Shown here one piece after another: positions 62,859 through 64,000 of a stretch of 64,000 bases of DNA. The translations under genes and the position numbers were made by a program. Location: assembly GCA_965237415.1 (NCBI GenBank), contig CBDEFM010000002.1, forward strand, positions 1,088,001 to 1,152,000, given 5' to 3'. This DNA is from Alphaproteobacteria bacterium. Its GTDB lineage: Bacteria; Pseudomonadota; Alphaproteobacteria; UBA828. The notes under the pieces were generated by a model. It saw nothing but the letters and a program-made list of their open reading frames with translations, did not search any database and was not told the DNA's origin. Position 1 is the first letter of the stretch. Each line of letters starts with the position of its first letter.

Positions 62859-64000
62859 CTATCCTTCCAGCGCAGAGGCGCGCCGAGCTTCGGTGGCCGC
62901 GACGTCAAGCTCATCTGCCTCGGTGACGATGACACCATAGAATCTCTCGGCCGTCCGGCGAGAGATGTAGCCGTCGCGCACGTCTTCGGCGACCGCCGCG
63001 GGTGGGCGCTCGGCGGCCTCGCCGTAGCCGCCGCCGCAGGTGCCGGTGAGTGTGAGGCTCTCGCCGGCCTTGACCGCGCGGTTCGGCATCATCGAGGGGA
63101 ACGGAATATCCTCGCCGTCGGCGCGGTGATAGACCAGCGCCGCTTCGCGCCCCTCCTCGCCGCCGTCGAAGCCCCAGGGGCGGAAGGCGTGGCCGTCGCC
63201 TTCGACCGAAATTGAGCTGTCGGCGAGGAAGGATACTTGGCGGATGGAGCCGATGCCGCCGCGCCAGCGCCCGGCCGCGGACGCGTCGTCGCGCAGCTCA
63301 TAGCGCCGGATGCGGAGCGGCAGGTGGGACTCGATATCCTCGATCGGGTTGTTGCGGGTGTTGGCGTAGAGGGTGTCCACCGCGTCCATTCCGTCCTTGC
63401 CGGCGCGCCCGCCGTAGCTGCCCTCGTGGATATCCATGTGCACCCAGTGGCCGCCGTCCTTGATACCTGAGAACGCCACCACCTTGAGGTTGCCGACGCC
63501 GGCGGAGACCTTATCGGGCACCGCCTGGGCCAGCGCCTTCATCAGCGTGTCGGCAACGATGTTGCCGGAGACGAAGCGCGCGATGGTGGGCGCCGGGAAG
63601 GTGGGATTGGCGATGGTTCCTTCCGGCGCCTTGATGATAATCGGGCGGATCAGGCCTGAGTTCTGCGGGATGTGGCCGAAAGTCTCACTGTCGAGGAGGA
63701 TCGAGCGGACCGTCAGCCAGATCGCGCAATCGACCGTGCCCTCGAGCGGCATGTTGATGGGCCGGTCGTCGCACTGCCGCGCGGTGCCGTCGAGGTCCAC
63801 CACCAGTTCGCTGCCCTTCACGGTGACGGCGACGGCGATCTTGAAGTGGCGCCGGTCGGGGTCGTCGAGGAAGCCGTCCACATGGCCCTCGGCCCGGTAT
63901 GTGCCATCGGGCAGCGCCTCGATCGCCTGGCGCATGAGCCGCTCGGAATAGTCCATGAGCGCGTCGGCCGCCGCCTCGACCGTGTCGAGCCCGTGGCGCT
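62859..64000 (-). CDS. Hydantoinase B/oxoprolinase family protein; start lies beyond the window
   Basis: LPDGTY, DGMDAVD, NNPIEDIE, GRWRGG, GGGYG. Confidence 0.9.
   Translation of the reverse strand, partial: RHGLDTVEAAADALMDYSERLMRQAIEALPDGTYRAEGHVDGFLDDPDRRHFKIAVAVTVKGSELVVDLDGTARQCDDRPINMPLEGTVDCAIWLTVRSILLDSETFGHIPQNSGLIRPIIIKAPEGTIANPTFPAPTIARFVSGNIVADTLMKALAQAVPDKVSAGVGNLKVVAFSGIKDGGHWVHMDIHEGSYGGRAGKDGMDAVDTLYANTRNNPIEDIESHLPLRIRRYELRDDASAAGRWRGGIGSIRQVSFLADSSISVEGDGHAFRPWGFDGGEEGREAALVYHRADGEDIPFPSMMPNRAVKAGESLTLTGTCGGGYGEAAERPPAAVAEDVRDGYISRRTAERFYGVIVTEADELDVAATEARRASALEG

Overview
High-GC alphaproteobacterial chromosome segment (Rhodospirillales-like, judged from gene content and order). 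Most of it is housekeeping and metabolic DNA: choXWV/betI/betA choline uptake and oxidation, frmA, slt-dapA-smpB-UDG-NYN-folK, ctpA-rppH, atpHAGDC, pcm-rhodanese-tolC, priA, fsa, xerC, a peroxiredoxin, a VapC toxin-antitoxin-like pair and hydantoinase genes. About 24 kb separates priA from atpH, which are usually neighbours in Alphaproteobacteria. Inside that interval (about 32.9-45.2 kb) lies the most unusual element: an apparently complete non-contractile tail module from a Mu-like transposable siphophage, with every tail reading frame open. It encodes terminator, tube, a chaperone with a candidate -1 slippery site, a miniature 272-aa tape measure, tail-tip proteins, an NlpC/P60 protein, an I/J fusion and a collar fibre. 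The head genes appear to have been removed by a visible deletion that joins the protease gene out of frame to the virion-morphogenesis gene. No terminase, portal, transposase or lysis genes are seen. The module carries several palindromic repeats and a 324-bp MITE-like element, none of which breaks a tail reading frame. It is a candidate domesticated short-tailed tailocin-like particle, although a decaying prophage cannot be excluded. Other oddities are an ABC ATPase with degenerate catalytic motifs, orphan NrdR-like boxes, an unusually large putative VapC antitoxin and tandem LinA/BaiE-like SnoaL proteins. No rRNA, tRNA or CRISPR array was seen. All calls come from reading the sequence and recalled motifs, not from database searches.
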